Assembly (NCBI GenBank): GCA_963826535.1
Contig: CAWGXL010000008.1
Coordinates: 2,679 to 66,678 of the forward strand
Direction of reading: 5' to 3'
DNA from: an uncultured bacterium
GTDB taxonomy: Bacteria; Patescibacteriota; Microgenomatia; Levybacterales; UBA12049
DNA: 64,000 bases
Position numbers and translations under genes: made by a program. Of the stretch, positions 49,561 to 60,130 are shown one piece after another; the first letter of the stretch is position 1, and every line of letters starts with the position of its first letter. The notes under the pieces are model-generated. The model ran no database searches. It was given only the letters and a program-made list of their open reading frames with translations, and was not told the origin of the DNA.

Positions 49561-49785
49561 ATGGTAAAACTTTCTACAATAAAATCTAATCCTGACAATC
49601 CCCGGATCATCAAAGACGATAAATTTAAAAAACTCGTCACCTCTATAAAAAACTTCCCTAAAATGATGGCTTTACGTCCGATGGTAGTAGATGACCATGA
49701 AACAGTTTTAGAAATGATGCAGGCTATAGCTTTAACTATAAAAGATAAGATACTAACAGTTGATAAACAGTTGATAAATGCCTAA
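49561..49785 (+). pseudogene. Truncated ParB-like nuclease domain
   Basis: KLSTIK.NP.NPRIIKDDKFKKLV.SI..FP.M..LRP.VVD then loss of the GGNxR motif. Confidence 0.7.
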
Positions 49786-50136
49786 TCCTCAAAACTTAGA
49801 AAAAGAAAGTCATTTGTAAAAAATGATCCGCGTATTAATAAAGAAGGCAGGCCTAAACTACCTGACCTCAAACTCCTTATGGAAGAAATAATGGGAGAAG
49901 AGAAAGACGGTAAAACTGCAGCATTCGCAATCCTGGCTGCATTACGGGCGAAAGCAGCCAAAGGTGACGTAAGGGCAGCAGAGATGCTAATGAACAGGGG
50001 GTATGGTCTTCCTAAGCAACATATAGAACATTCAGGCAGCATAGAAACACCAATAATATTTAAACTTGATGACAAGTTCAGAGAAGATAGTCTTAACGAC
50101 CCCGGTGTTCCAAAAAAACTTGGCGGCATACCTTAA
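49778..50136 (+). CDS. terS: Terminase small subunit (frameshift near 49800)
   Basis: MPNPQNL..F.KNDPRINKEGRP; KAAKGDVRAAE.L..RGYG.P. Confidence 0.75.
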
Positions 50137-51244
50137 TCCGAAATATAATGTTATTTGTGACGAAGGTGGTAGTAGATCAGGTAAGACATTTGGGATAATC
50201 CAACTTTGTGTTGGCATAGCCGGCAATGAACCAAACAAAAGAATATCAATAGTGTCTCATTCATTACCTCATGTTAAAAGGGGGGTATTAAGAGATTTTA
50301 AATTGATCATGCAGGAAATTGGTTGGTGGTATGAAGAACAATGGAGTGCGACAAACTTTATTTATACTTTTAAGAATAGCAGTTATATAGAATTATTTGG
50401 TTTAGAGGATGAATCTAAAGCAAGAGGACCAGGTAGGGATATTCTATTTGTAAATGAAGCTAACCTGATAACTAAAACTTTATTTGATCAGTTGGCAATG
50501 AGGACAACAGGTAAAATCTTTTTAGATTGGAATCCTGCTGACTTTAATTCATGGTGTTATGAGTTGGCCGATGATCCAAAGAATAAAAGAATACATTCTA
50601 CCTACAAAGACAACATTCACAATTTAAGCCAATCGCAAATAGATTACATAGAAGCCTATAGAAATTTACCTGATGACTTCCTTTGGAAAGTTTACGGGTT
50701 AGGAGAAAGAGGAGCAGCCAAAGAACTAATTTACACTACCTGGAAATATTATACCGATGATCCGCTTAATGGAGATGTTTTTTACGGTTTAGACTTTGGA
50801 TATACTAATCCTTCGGCAATGGTAAAAGTAACGCATTATGAAGGCGCTAATTACGTGCAGGAGGTATTATATCAGTCTTCATTAACCGTACCGGAAATGA
50901 TTAACCGAATTAAAAGTTTAGGTATAGGCAAAAGTATAATTTATGCTGATTGTGCAGAGCCTAAAACTATTGATGAGATTTATAAAGCCGGGATAAATAT
51001 TAAACCAAGTGATAAAGATGTGTGGGCAGGTATTGTAGGAGTAAAATCATATCCACTTTATATAAAGAAAGGTTCAGATAATTTAATAAGAGAATTGCAG
51101 GGTTACAAGTGGAAGAAAGATAAAAACGATAATATAACTGAAGAGCCGGTTAAAGCTGATGACCATTTAATTGATGCGTTACGTTATGCAATATTTACAA
51201 ACCTTGTAACACCAAAGCTGGTTTATTCAGATGCAAGATATTAA
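50066..51244 (+). CDS. terL: Terminase large subunit (PBSX family)
   Basis: GGSRSGKT, FVNEAN, DWNP, GLDFG, ADCAEP, DDHLIDALRY. Confidence 0.95.
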   Translation: MMTSSEKIVLTTPVFQKNLAAYLNPKYNVICDEGGSRSGKTFGIIQLCVGIAGNEPNKRISIVSHSLPHVKRGVLRDFKLIMQEIGWWYEEQWSATNFIYTFKNSSYIELFGLEDESKARGPGRDILFVNEANLITKTLFDQLAMRTTGKIFLDWNPADFNSWCYELADDPKNKRIHSTYKDNIHNLSQSQIDYIEAYRNLPDDFLWKVYGLGERGAAKELIYTTWKYYTDDPLNGDVFYGLDFGYTNPSAMVKVTHYEGANYVQEVLYQSSLTVPEMINRIKSLGIGKSIIYADCAEPKTIDEIYKAGINIKPSDKDVWAGIVGVKSYPLYIKKGSDNLIRELQGYKWKKDKNDNITEEPVKADDHLIDALRYAIFTNLVTPKLVYSDARY

Positions 51245-51255
51245 AAACTTTATAC

Positions 51256-51516
51256 ATGAAAAAGTATCTTATAATCCTTGTACTATTCTTTAGCGCCTGT
51301 AAACATGAAGCACAAGAAACAACGCATAGCGGAGATTTTAAAATAGAATTTCTGTTTGAAAAAGATGGGTGTAAAATGTATAGATTTAAAGATGCTGGTG
51401 ATTTAATATATTGGGCAAACTGTGAAGGTAGGACAAGCTATGAGACAACATTTGTAAGCGGCAAACCTCCAACAGTTATTAAAAAACAAATTCAAGCAGT
51501 TACTACCAAGCATTAA
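51256..51516 (+). CDS. Small lipoprotein (DUF4884-like)
   Basis: Lipobox FSA|C; FLFEKDGCKMYRF.D. Confidence 0.75.
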   Translation: MKKYLIILVLFFSACKHEAQETTHSGDFKIEFLFEKDGCKMYRFKDAGDLIYWANCEGRTSYETTFVSGKPPTVIKKQIQAVTTKH

Positions 51517-51577
51517 ACTTTATACTTATCCCACTATTCACCTTTGCCCTTAATAATACCTTAGCATAAAAATAAGG

Positions 51578-53062
51578 ATGGGTGTATTTGACTTCTTTAA
51601 AAAAGATAAGGTTATAAAAGACTTGTCTGCCCAGGTTAAAGCATTACAACAATATAATACCAATAATTTTCTAAGATTTAATAATCTTAACCGCAACATT
51701 GCTCTATTCCCTGAATGGGATATACATACTAACTCTGAGCGTTACGCCACTACTGATGATATTTATTCTATTGTTCGTATGCTTGCCACTACTGCAGCAA
51801 TGATACCTATTTATGCTTACCAGGTAGTTGATGAGGTGGCACAAAAGAAACTTAACAGAATAAAGCAGCCACATAATAAACCATATGAAGTAAAAGCTCT
51901 GCAGGTAAAAGCATTAGAAGAACTACCAGGTGATGACAGGGTTGAAATGCTAATGGAGAACCCTTGCGAATATAAAAGCAAGTTTGAGTTTTATGAGGCT
52001 ATTTATACCTTTCTTTTTTTATATGGTGAAGCATTTATATTAAAAGAAAGGCCGGTTGTAGGTGTTAACTCAGGGCTTACAGTATCTCTCCACCCTTTAT
52101 ATCCCCAGAACATTATTTTGAAAGTAAGTGGTGATTTACCACGTAGAATAACAGGCTATGACTATAAAGTAAATGGAGTTACTATTTATGAGAATTTACC
52201 TGTAGAAGATATAATACACCTGAAGTATTTTAATCCAACAATGGATTATTTGGGTACCGAATTAAGAGGACTTTCACCTTTACAGGTTTTAGCTAAAAGA
52301 TTAGGTAGAATGGATGCCAACCTTAATACATCTGTTGCACAGATGCAAAATGGAGGTGTGCAAAAAATTGTGTGGGATGAAAACGATACCGGTGTTCCAT
52401 TTACTCAGGATGGTAAAGAGGTAACAATTGCAGGAGCAAGGAAAGATAATTTTTATAGGTTCCTGAAGAACCCTGGTAATTATGGGGCTCCATTCTTTGC
52501 AGCTGGCAAAATGGGTGTTATCGATATTGGCAGCACACTTGATGAAATGGGGATTTTAGAAATAGGTAACATAGATTTTAAGAAGTTATGTAATGCTTAC
52601 GGTACTTCTGATATACTTTTTAATTCAGATGTTGCCAGTACTGAGAGCAATGTAACTGTAATGGAGAAAAGGACTTATACCAATACAGTTTTACCAAATG
52701 TTTACAGGGTAAGGGATGCCTTAAAGGCCGGATTGTTGGAAGACTTTGAAAAAGGAAGAAGATACGTTAAGATAGATGAAAACGGTAATGAAAATCAGGT
52801 AGTAATAGAAGGGGATGGTGTTAAGCGGGATATACGGGAAGATATTTCAGAGATACATTCTTTGCAGGAAGATATGGGTAAGATGGTAGCATGGATGCAA
52901 CAGGCCTGGTGGATTTTACCTAATGAAAAAAGGTTAATGATGAAATATGATGAAATAGATAATCCATTGTTTAATGAACCGTTAATTCCTACAGGTATGC
53001 AAACTACAGAAGATTTTCAGAGCGTAGAGCCCTTAGATATTGTTACTGAGGAAGGAAATTAG
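51578..53062 (+). CDS. Portal protein (HK97-like)
   Basis: L..NP, FL.GEAFI, DIIHLKYFNP, GLSPL, PNEKR. Confidence 0.93.
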   Translation: MGVFDFFKKDKVIKDLSAQVKALQQYNTNNFLRFNNLNRNIALFPEWDIHTNSERYATTDDIYSIVRMLATTAAMIPIYAYQVVDEVAQKKLNRIKQPHNKPYEVKALQVKALEELPGDDRVEMLMENPCEYKSKFEFYEAIYTFLFLYGEAFILKERPVVGVNSGLTVSLHPLYPQNIILKVSGDLPRRITGYDYKVNGVTIYENLPVEDIIHLKYFNPTMDYLGTELRGLSPLQVLAKRLGRMDANLNTSVAQMQNGGVQKIVWDENDTGVPFTQDGKEVTIAGARKDNFYRFLKNPGNYGAPFFAAGKMGVIDIGSTLDEMGILEIGNIDFKKLCNAYGTSDILFNSDVASTESNVTVMEKRTYTNTVLPNVYRVRDALKAGLLEDFEKGRRYVKIDENGNENQVVIEGDGVKRDIREDISEIHSLQEDMGKMVAWMQQAWWILPNEKRLMMKYDEIDNPLFNEPLIPTGMQTTEDFQSVEPLDIVTEEGN

Positions 53063-53084
53063 TATCTTGTATCTAAAAAACAAT

Positions 53085-53279
53085 ATGGATGTAACAAGGT
53101 TTGACACAGAAACTATTATAGAACAAAAAAATCAATTAGCTGAAAATATCCGTGAGCTTATTCAAACATTTTTAGACAATAATCCAGATCATGACTTAAT
53201 AATTAAGATTGATTATAAAGTACATAGAACGACACTTGGTGAAATAAGAAATACGGTTGTAAATATTTTTATAAGTTAA
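53085..53279 (+). CDS. Hypothetical protein
   Basis: Short ORF between portal and MuF. Confidence 0.45.
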   Translation: MDVTRFDTETIIEQKNQLAENIRELIQTFLDNNPDHDLIIKIDYKVHRTTLGEIRNTVVNIFIS

Positions 53280-53464
53280 TGACCGGTATTGAATTAAATA
53301 TGGAAGTACAGGAGATGCCGCCTGATGGCTCAAAGTGTTTTGAATGTGGAGAAATTATTACAGGCAAAATGTTCCAATATTTTTTATTTGAAGGAACGAA
53401 TTTAAAACCTACGCCAACTAAGTTTAAATTTTGTGAACCGTGTTATATAAAAGCAGGTGAATAA
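53279..53464 (+). CDS. Small Zn-finger protein
   Basis: CFEC...GKMF...CEPC. Confidence 0.6.
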   Translation: MTGIELNMEVQEMPPDGSKCFECGEIITGKMFQYFLFEGTNLKPTPTKFKFCEPCYIKAGE

Positions 53465-53470
53465 ATAGCA

Positions 53471-53668
53471 ATGGCAACATTAGAAATAGACGTATTATTA
53501 GAATGGTGTGAGATGCCAATAGATTTAAGTTATTGTGATTTATGTAATGATTTAATAGCAGGTAAGATGTTTGAACTTTTTGTATTTGTTGATGATAAGC
53601 CAGAAGGATTAATTAAATCTTGTTCATCTTGTTATTATATGATAGGAATTGTTACCAATGGCAGATAA
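53471..53668 (+). CDS. Small Zn-finger protein, paralog of the previous gene
   Basis: EMP...CDLC..I.GKMF...CSSC. Confidence 0.6.
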   Translation: MATLEIDVLLEWCEMPIDLSYCDLCNDLIAGKMFELFVFVDDKPEGLIKSCSSCYYMIGIVTNGR

Positions 53669-53928
53669 AGAATTAATAAAAATAGTTGAGGAAGCTATAC
53701 CATTAGACCCAAAGTGTCAGATTCAAAGGAACTATGATATTCATAGAAGGGATAAGCTAATGAGGAAAATAAAAGAGTATGTAGCTAAACAATTAGAAGC
53801 GCAGTTTAATGCAAAAGAAGTAGCATGACAATAGATATTTTACAGTCAATTAGTTTAGTATTACTTTCACTCGTTATAATTCATTTAGTATTTAGAATTA
53901 GAAAATTAGAAAAAAAAGATTAAATGGG

Positions 53929-54730
53929 ATGGACAAAAGAGATTACCTCAACCGCTTTCACAGGTTCCAAAGAAGCCGGGAAAAGTTCTTCGCTCCAAAA
54001 ATTAACGCCGCTTTAAAATCCCAATACAAAAGTTTTATTGATAATTTGCCCTATGGTGAACTGGAAGCTTTAAATAGAATTAGCTCTAATGGCATAGTAC
54101 GTGTATTACAGAATTTATACATGGATGCGGGTATTAATTATGGAGCTAAGGTAAGGTCCGATTTAAATAGAACAGTGCCCTATAGACTACCTAACCCCGG
54201 CGATTCATTCCATAAAAGTATTAAGGCACGTTTGCCTATGGGCTTTAGTGAACGTATGGCTCAATTGATAGCCGATTATTTCCGCACTGATATTTTAAAT
54301 ACTTCTGAACGCATTACAGATACCACAAAAGATTTAATAAGGCAGGTTTTTACAGATGCTTATTCTCAAGGGTTGGGCATTGATGATATCATAAAACAAT
54401 TAGAAAATACTGAACTAAGCCGGATAAGAGCGCGGTTAATTGCACGTACCGGAGACTGTAACTTCAGCAAATCAGGGTGCAATGTTCGTTGCTAAAGAAA
54501 CCGGGCTAACATTACGCAAGGGATGGCTTTCGGCACGTGACAGTAGGGTAAGATTTCATCATAGGAATGAAAATGGGCAGGTGATAGGTGTTGATGATTT
54601 TTTTACTGTAGGGAATGATTTGATGTTGTATCCGGGTGATAAAGGTGGACATAACGGGCAACCAAAAGTAAGTGCCGGAAATTTATGCAACTGCAGATGT
54701 TCAGTTTTAATGATACCTGTTGATGATTAG
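53929..54730 (+). CDS. MuF/SPP1 gp7-like minor head protein (frameshift near 54450)
   Basis: RARLIART|ETVTSANQG; K.WLSARDSRVR..H; YPGD; NCRC. Confidence 0.88.
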
Positions 54731-54759
54731 TTGAGGTAAAAAAAATCGTAAATTAAGTT

Positions 54760-55002
54760 ATGACAGCAAAAGAAAAGGCTGATGAGTTAGTAAATAAGTT
54801 TTATCAGAATATTACGGCTGATAGTGCTTATCCAGATTATCATGCAAAGGAAGCTGCCTTAATAGCGGTGGATGAAATAGTAAAACAGTTGGCATCTTTG
54901 GATGAATGCACTTTGTGGGATAATAAAAAAAATACAAGTATTTATGTATCGGAAATAATTGAATACTGGCAACAAATTAAAATAGAAATAGAGAAGCTAT
55001 GA
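54760..55002 (+). CDS. Conserved small phage protein
   Basis: MTAKEKADELV.KF...AK..ALIAVDEI...YWQ..K.EIEKL. Confidence 0.75.
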   Translation: MTAKEKADELVNKFYQNITADSAYPDYHAKEAALIAVDEIVKQLASLDECTLWDNKKNTSIYVSEIIEYWQQIKIEIEKL

Positions 55003-55282
55003 AGATAGACGTCAGAAAAAATTTTGTGTATAGTAAGTTACGGTTTTTTGGCTTTGGTACTTGCAATGTTCTTTTCCCACCTATAATACTTCCACACTTA
55101 TACATTCAATTTAGTATTTCCTATTAATCATTTTAATAGCGTAATTAGTTGATGGTATGTCCAATTTACATCACTATCAAATTAAGTTTATAATTAATAA
55201 AATAATTTTTTCTGCCATAATACTCCATTGTTAACGTGACTACAATTTACAAAAAACCTGCAACTTTGTTATTTTTGCCAAA

Positions 55283-55770
55283 GTGAAATATTTCTTCTTA
55301 GATAGCCGCATTGACGAAGTTCTTTTAAACAAGTTTTTCCAGTTTGCCAATGATAATTCAGATGATGATTGGACTATTTCAATTTGGAGTACCAGCGGCT
55401 TAACAACTTTATCTAAGGCAATACTTTATATAATCAATTCAAGGAAAGAAAAGGTTACTCTGATATGCGATGGACATATAGTGCTGCTTTTGAAATATTT
55501 TACCATGCTAAGTGTAAAAAAGTTCTTACCAGAGAGTGTAAAGGTATCGTTGATTTATCAGCGGGGGATATTAGATTGTCACGTAACGGAAAAGCGAATG
55601 ATCCTGAAAATCTTTGTGTTATGAAAAACTGGCAGGAAGATAAAACATCTAATAAGTGGGTTAAGAAAATACTTGTCAGCGAAGAACTTAAAAAGTTTAA
55701 TAAAGGCGAAGATGTTTATTTGACAACTAAGCGGATGAAAGAAATATTCCCTGATGCAGAAATAATTTAA
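55283..55770 (+). CDS. ClpP-like protein (frameshift near 55465)
   Basis: ISIWSTSG, YSAAF.IF, D.YLT motifs; expected His appears as D. Confidence 0.55.
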
Positions 55771-55851
55771 TTTCTATCTTCCTCTAAGCAAACTTAAAAT
55801 ATAGCCATGCAAGACTTGTCACATTCCATAGCCTCTTTTTGCAAAGCTGGT

Positions 55852-56107
55852 TTAATGGTTCCAAGCCGACCGGGAACGGGTTATAATTACTCCCATACGT
55901 TTAATAATTCTATCCCTTAATTCTGAAAGATTACTACTCTGTAATTCTTTTGCTATACTTTTTATAGATGATGGTTATTATAAGCATAAGTGAAAGTGGC
56001 GATAATGTTTTCCCTCATTTCATCCGTTAAGGGCTCTACATCTAAAATCTCAATTTTAAAATATTCGGTAATTAAATCTTTTACTCCCTGTTTACAGGTT
56101 GTTTCAT
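55852..56107 (-). CDS. Antisense truncated MuF paralog (two frameshifts)
   Basis: DLITEYFKIEILD..E.LTD..RENI..TFTYAY...I.SI.KELQ...LS.LR.RII.R aligns with the MuF interior. Confidence 0.6.
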
Positions 56108-56124
56108 GGATAGGCAAATTGTGT

Positions 56125-56586
56125 TCAGCAATAAACAAAAGTGGTTTTATTTACATAATTACCATTCAGTGCACACTTTAATGTTATTAATTTAAATTTT
56201 TAGATTCAGCAGCTTCTTTAACTGAATCATAAAAAATACCATTTGAAGTATCTAAAACAAGTCTGCCAGTTAGATGTAACATATCTTTTATATTTTTCTG
56301 ATCTTGTACACTAAACTAAATTTTCTACATTATTATTTAATGGATTTCTATCAAGATGGCCAACTTCTTTTTTATTTTGTGGATTTGGGATATAAGTTTT
56401 AGCAACAATCGGATTAACTCTAAAGGTTTTTCGTTATCCATTAGATTGTTTCAAGTTGGTAGAATAGTATCCTCTTGTAATACCATATTTAAGAAATTCT
56501 TTCGTAGTTAGATTCCAATTTTCCTTTTGGTAGTTATAAGATAATTATCACAACCTTCAATCATTTTCATTTTTATGAATTTCCAT
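56125..56586 (-). pseudogene. NUMOD4-HNH-NUMOD1 homing endonuclease, frameshifted
   Basis: Fragments IEGCDNYLI, VAKTYIPNPQNKKEVGHLDRNPLNNNVENL, VLDTSNGIFYDSVKEAAE. Confidence 0.75.
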
Positions 56587-56729
56587 AAAGATATAATTAA
56601 ATTTTAATTACCTACCTAATATTGTTAGTGAATTTTTAACTAAAGATGTTGGTAGGAAGAAAAAGGTTAAAAATGGATACGAAGTAAAAATCATGAATGT
56701 TAAATCAAAGAAGATAAAGAAAAAGAAAG

Positions 56730-56795
56730 ATGGAAAGGAAATCTATAAACTTTGAATTAAAGGACATTGACAAAGGCAAACGTATGGCAGTGATC
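56730..56795 (+). CDS. 5' end of HK97-type prohead protease, cut by the junction
   Basis: MERKSINFELKDIDKGKRMAVIA; expected position after MuF. Confidence 0.65.
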
Positions 56796-56800
56796 GCCGG
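56790..56800. other. Chimeric junction between phage DNA and actinobacterial DNA
   Basis: Abrupt AT-rich to GC-rich switch at GTGATCGC; both flanking genes are truncated. Confidence 0.9.
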
Positions 56801-58159
56801 CTCGGTGGGCGCCTCGGTGGTCGGTTCGGTTGTCGGTTCCGTGGTCGGCGGCGTCGTGGCCGGCCTGGTCGTGGCAGGCGCGGAGGTCGGCGGCCGAGCC
56901 GTCGGCGTGCGGCTGGGCTGCAGCGACTGGCCGCTCGGCCGGGCGGGCTCGGTGTTCTCGTCCGACGAGTCCTGCAGGCCGGGCACACGCCGGGCGCCGA
57001 GCTGTCGGTGACCCGCGCCGACGGCGTGGTGACCGGTTGCTCCGCGGTGCCGCTCCGGTCCGGCTGGAAGAATAGCGCAGGGCCAGCAGGCCGCGGCCAG
57101 ACCGAGGAAGATCACGGTCAGCAGCACGGCCAGCTCGGCGCCGGTGCGCTTACGCTGGCCCGGCGCCTGCGGCACGTACGGCAGGTCGTGCGGCGCCGGT
57201 GCGGGTCCAGGTCGGCGGCGGCCGGGCCCAGTGGCATGGTGAGCGCGGTGCCGGTCATCGCCGCGCTGGTCAGCGCGGTGCCGGTCTGCGTGGTGCCGGT
57301 GCTGGTCAGCGACTGGTAGTCCATCGGCGTGCTGGCGGCGAGCGCGGCCTCGGCGAACTCGGCGGCGCTGGCGAAGCGGTCCTCCGGGTGTTTCGCCATG
57401 GCGCGGCTGATCAGCTCGCGGACCGCCACCGGCACCTCGGCGGGCAGCGGCTCCGGATCCTCGTCCAGGTGGCGCAGCGCCACCGGAGGGCGGTGTCACC
57501 GTCGAACGGGCGGATGCCCGGAGAGGCAGTGGTATGCCACCGCGCCCAGCGCGTAGATGTCCGTCGCCGGCGTGACGTTGCCCTTGGCCACCTGCTCCGG
57601 TGCCATGTAGAGGGCGGTGCCGACGATCGAGTTGACCCCGGTCAGGCTGGTCACCGCGTTGGACCGGGCCATGCCGAAGTCGACGAGGATGGACCGCGCC
57701 GGTCGGGCTTCACGATCAGGTTGCCGGGCTTGACGTCGCGGTGCACGGTGCCGGTCTGGTGCGCGGCGTGCAGCGCGTCCGCGGTCTGGGACACGATCGA
57801 CATGGTCTCCGCGACGGTCAGCCGGCCGACCTCCTTGAGGCGGGTGGACAGCGGCTCGCCCTCCACGTAGCGCCATCACCAGGTAGGCGCACTGATCCTC
57901 GTCGGCCGAGTCGCGGCGCTCGGCGTAGTCGTAGACCTCGACCACGCCCGGGTGCCGGAACGCGGCCATCATCCGGGCCTCCGCCGTAGAACCGGGCGGC
58001 GAACTCCGGGTCGCGCATCATCGACGGACGCAGCACCTTGACCGCGACGACGCGGTTCAGCACGACGTCGGTGCCGCGCCACACGTCACCCATGCCGCCC
58101 GTGGCAATGCGCTCGTCCAACCGGTAACGGTTGTCGAGGAGATGACCGGCATCCAGCAC
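56792..58159 (-). CDS. Actinobacterial Ser/Thr protein kinase (several frameshifts; C-terminus cut)
   Basis: IATGGMGDVW, VAVK, HRDVKPGN, DFG, GTALYMAPE, DIYALG; Pro/Thr-rich tail. Confidence 0.88.
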
Positions 58160-58229
58160 CAGCGGACCTTATCTGCTCGGGGGACCTCGGGGGAAAGCCG
58201 AGTGACGCTCACTGTATCGAGCGGGCCGC

Positions 58230-58809
58230 TCAGCGCCGGATCAGCGGGGGCACCCGGCGACCCTGCGCGGAGTCGGTGATCAGCTGTTGCAGGCGGCGTT
58301 CCCGGGTGTCCGCGCGCTTGCCGCTGACCACCCAATGAGCTGCCGCTTTGCGGTACGACGGCGACTGCGCGGAGTACCACTGGAAGGCCTTGGTGTCCAC
58401 TTGGAGGAGGGCCAGTTTGGCGTCGTCAGGCCGGGCGTCATCGGGCTGCTCGTACGAGTAGGTCGCCACCCGATCGGGTCGCCGGGTCTCGTACGCGTGC
58501 AGCCCGGCCGGCCGCATCAGCCCCTGTTCGGTGAGGCGCGCCACAGCCGCGATGTTCACCACGCTCCACACGCTGCCCTTGCGGCGCGGCGTGAAGCGCA
58601 CCTGGTGCCGGTCCTCGTCGATCGCGCCGGCCGATGCTGTCGATCCAGCCGAAGCACAGCGCCTGCTCGATCGCCTCGGTGTGCGAGATGCCCGGCTTGC
58701 CGGTGTGCTTCTTCCAGTAGCCGACGAACAATTCCGGCGCTTCGGCATGATTTTCCTCGTACCAGGCGCGCAGCTCGGCGACTGTGGTGAAGAACACGGC
58801 ATCGGTCAT
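58230..58809 (-). CDS. YdeI/OmpD-associated family protein (frameshifted)
   Basis: ALCFGWIDS, RFTPRR.GS.WS..N, KR..TR.RRL. Confidence 0.85.
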
Positions 58810-58859
58810 GACGGCAGAGTAGGGCCGCCGGGCGGCAAAGGGTCCCGGCCGGCGGCCAC

Positions 58860-59348
58860 TACCGCTCCTCGACCGGTAGTCAGCTGTCGTACCTGGGGGT
58901 GACCACGACCGCGGTCTCGGCCAGCTCGAGCTCCTCGGCCTCGGCCTGACGCTCGAGCGCGGCCCGCGCGGCGGTCGCCGCGGCCAGCCGAGCGCGGCGC
59001 CGAGCAGGCCGGCGCCGATGATCAGGCCCCAGGGCAGGCCCGGGCTTGCGTACCGGCCAGTGCGTTCGCGGCCGCGTTGGCCCGCGCCCACGCCTCGTCG
59101 GCGACCGAACCGACCGTGCTGCCCGCCTGGCCCGCCAGCTTCGAGCTCTTCTTGCTCGGCCCGGTGGCGAACTTCGAGCTCTTCTTGGAGCCTGCGGCCC
59201 GCCAGTTGCGACGGCCGTGAGCTGGTGACGTCGACCGTGTGCTTGCCGGCCTCCCGGGCGGTGTCACCCGCCGCGGTCATGGCGGACGACAGGTAGTCCC
59301 ACGCCTGGGCGGCCGTCCGCTCGGCTTTGTTCTTCCTGGGCGAACATG
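58860..59348 (-). CDS. Hypothetical membrane protein (frameshifted)
   Basis: Ala-rich repeats, LPWGLIIGAGLLGAALG TM segment. Confidence 0.5.
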
Positions 59349-59687
59349 TCTTGTACCTCCTGCGTTTCGCCGGTGCAACCCTAACCCTGCCCAGGCACCG
59401 GGCGGCAAACGTCCGGCCGGGCGGCCGGGGTCGCGTGTGGACAGCGTCACACCCGGATAAAGCGGTGGACGCCGTCGGTAGGCTGGTGCCGATCCAAGCC
59501 GCGGTACACAGGCGGTTGCCAGGTTCGGTGCATAGGCTGGCGGAGTTTCACCGAACCCCACGGGGGTAGCAGCCATCGGCACTCCCGGGCGGACGGCGAT
59601 CACCGGGTCACGGCGTCACCACGCCAAGGCCCGCCGGCCGCGACAGGAACAGACGGCGGGGCGTCCCGGGCGGGTGGAGGTAATGGC

Positions 59688-60078
59688 GTGAGCCTGTCGA
59701 TAACGACGTCGACGCTGGCCAGTGGCGCGGTGGAGGTCTTGCCGGAGGCGAGATCGACGTCGAGACGCCTATTCGATCAAGGACGCGGTGGCGGCTCAGC
59801 TCGCCGACGACCGTCCCGAGCGCATCGAGCTCAACATGCAGTACGTGAGATTCATCGACTCCGTGGGCATCAGCGCCCTCGTGAGTGCGCACCAGCTCGC
59901 CGGGATCAGCGGCGTCAAGCTGGTGGTCACGCGTCCCAGCCGGTTCGCGCACCGGCAACTCTGGGTGACCGGCCTGCTCGGTCTCTTCGGCAACCCGGAC
60001 CCGTGCCCGGAGTGTACGGATCCTCGCGGAGCAGCCCGCGGTGTCCGGCGCATGACCGCGAGTGATTCTCACCTTTAG
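59688..60078 (+). CDS. STAS-domain anti-sigma factor antagonist (frameshifted)
   Basis: EIDV..., VRFIDSVGISALV, LWVTGL. Confidence 0.85.
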
Positions 60079-60130
60079 CCTTCCTGTGGTGACTTGTTAC
60101 CCGGTGTCCGATACGGAATAGTGCCCCATC

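Larger units (their letters stand above)
1..56795. mobile_element. Temperate siphophage of a Bacteroidetes host, nearly complete and apparently in excised/circular form (capsid gene outside window)
   Basis: Terminase, portal, MuF, neck, tail tube, TMP, lysis, integrase with attP, CI/Cro and replication genes; AT-rich; Bacteroidetes -7 promoters. Confidence 0.95.

Noticed and set aside
54999-55225. Possible minus-strand small gene
   Set aside because: Too broken by stops and indels to support a call
49790-55470. Programmed frameshifts in TerS, MuF and the ClpP-like gene
   Set aside because: No consistent slippery signals; they match the rising indel-error rate toward the junction
1-56795. 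Stop-codon reassignment
   Set aside because: Core genes are full length in code 11; breaks are frameshifts, not in-frame stops
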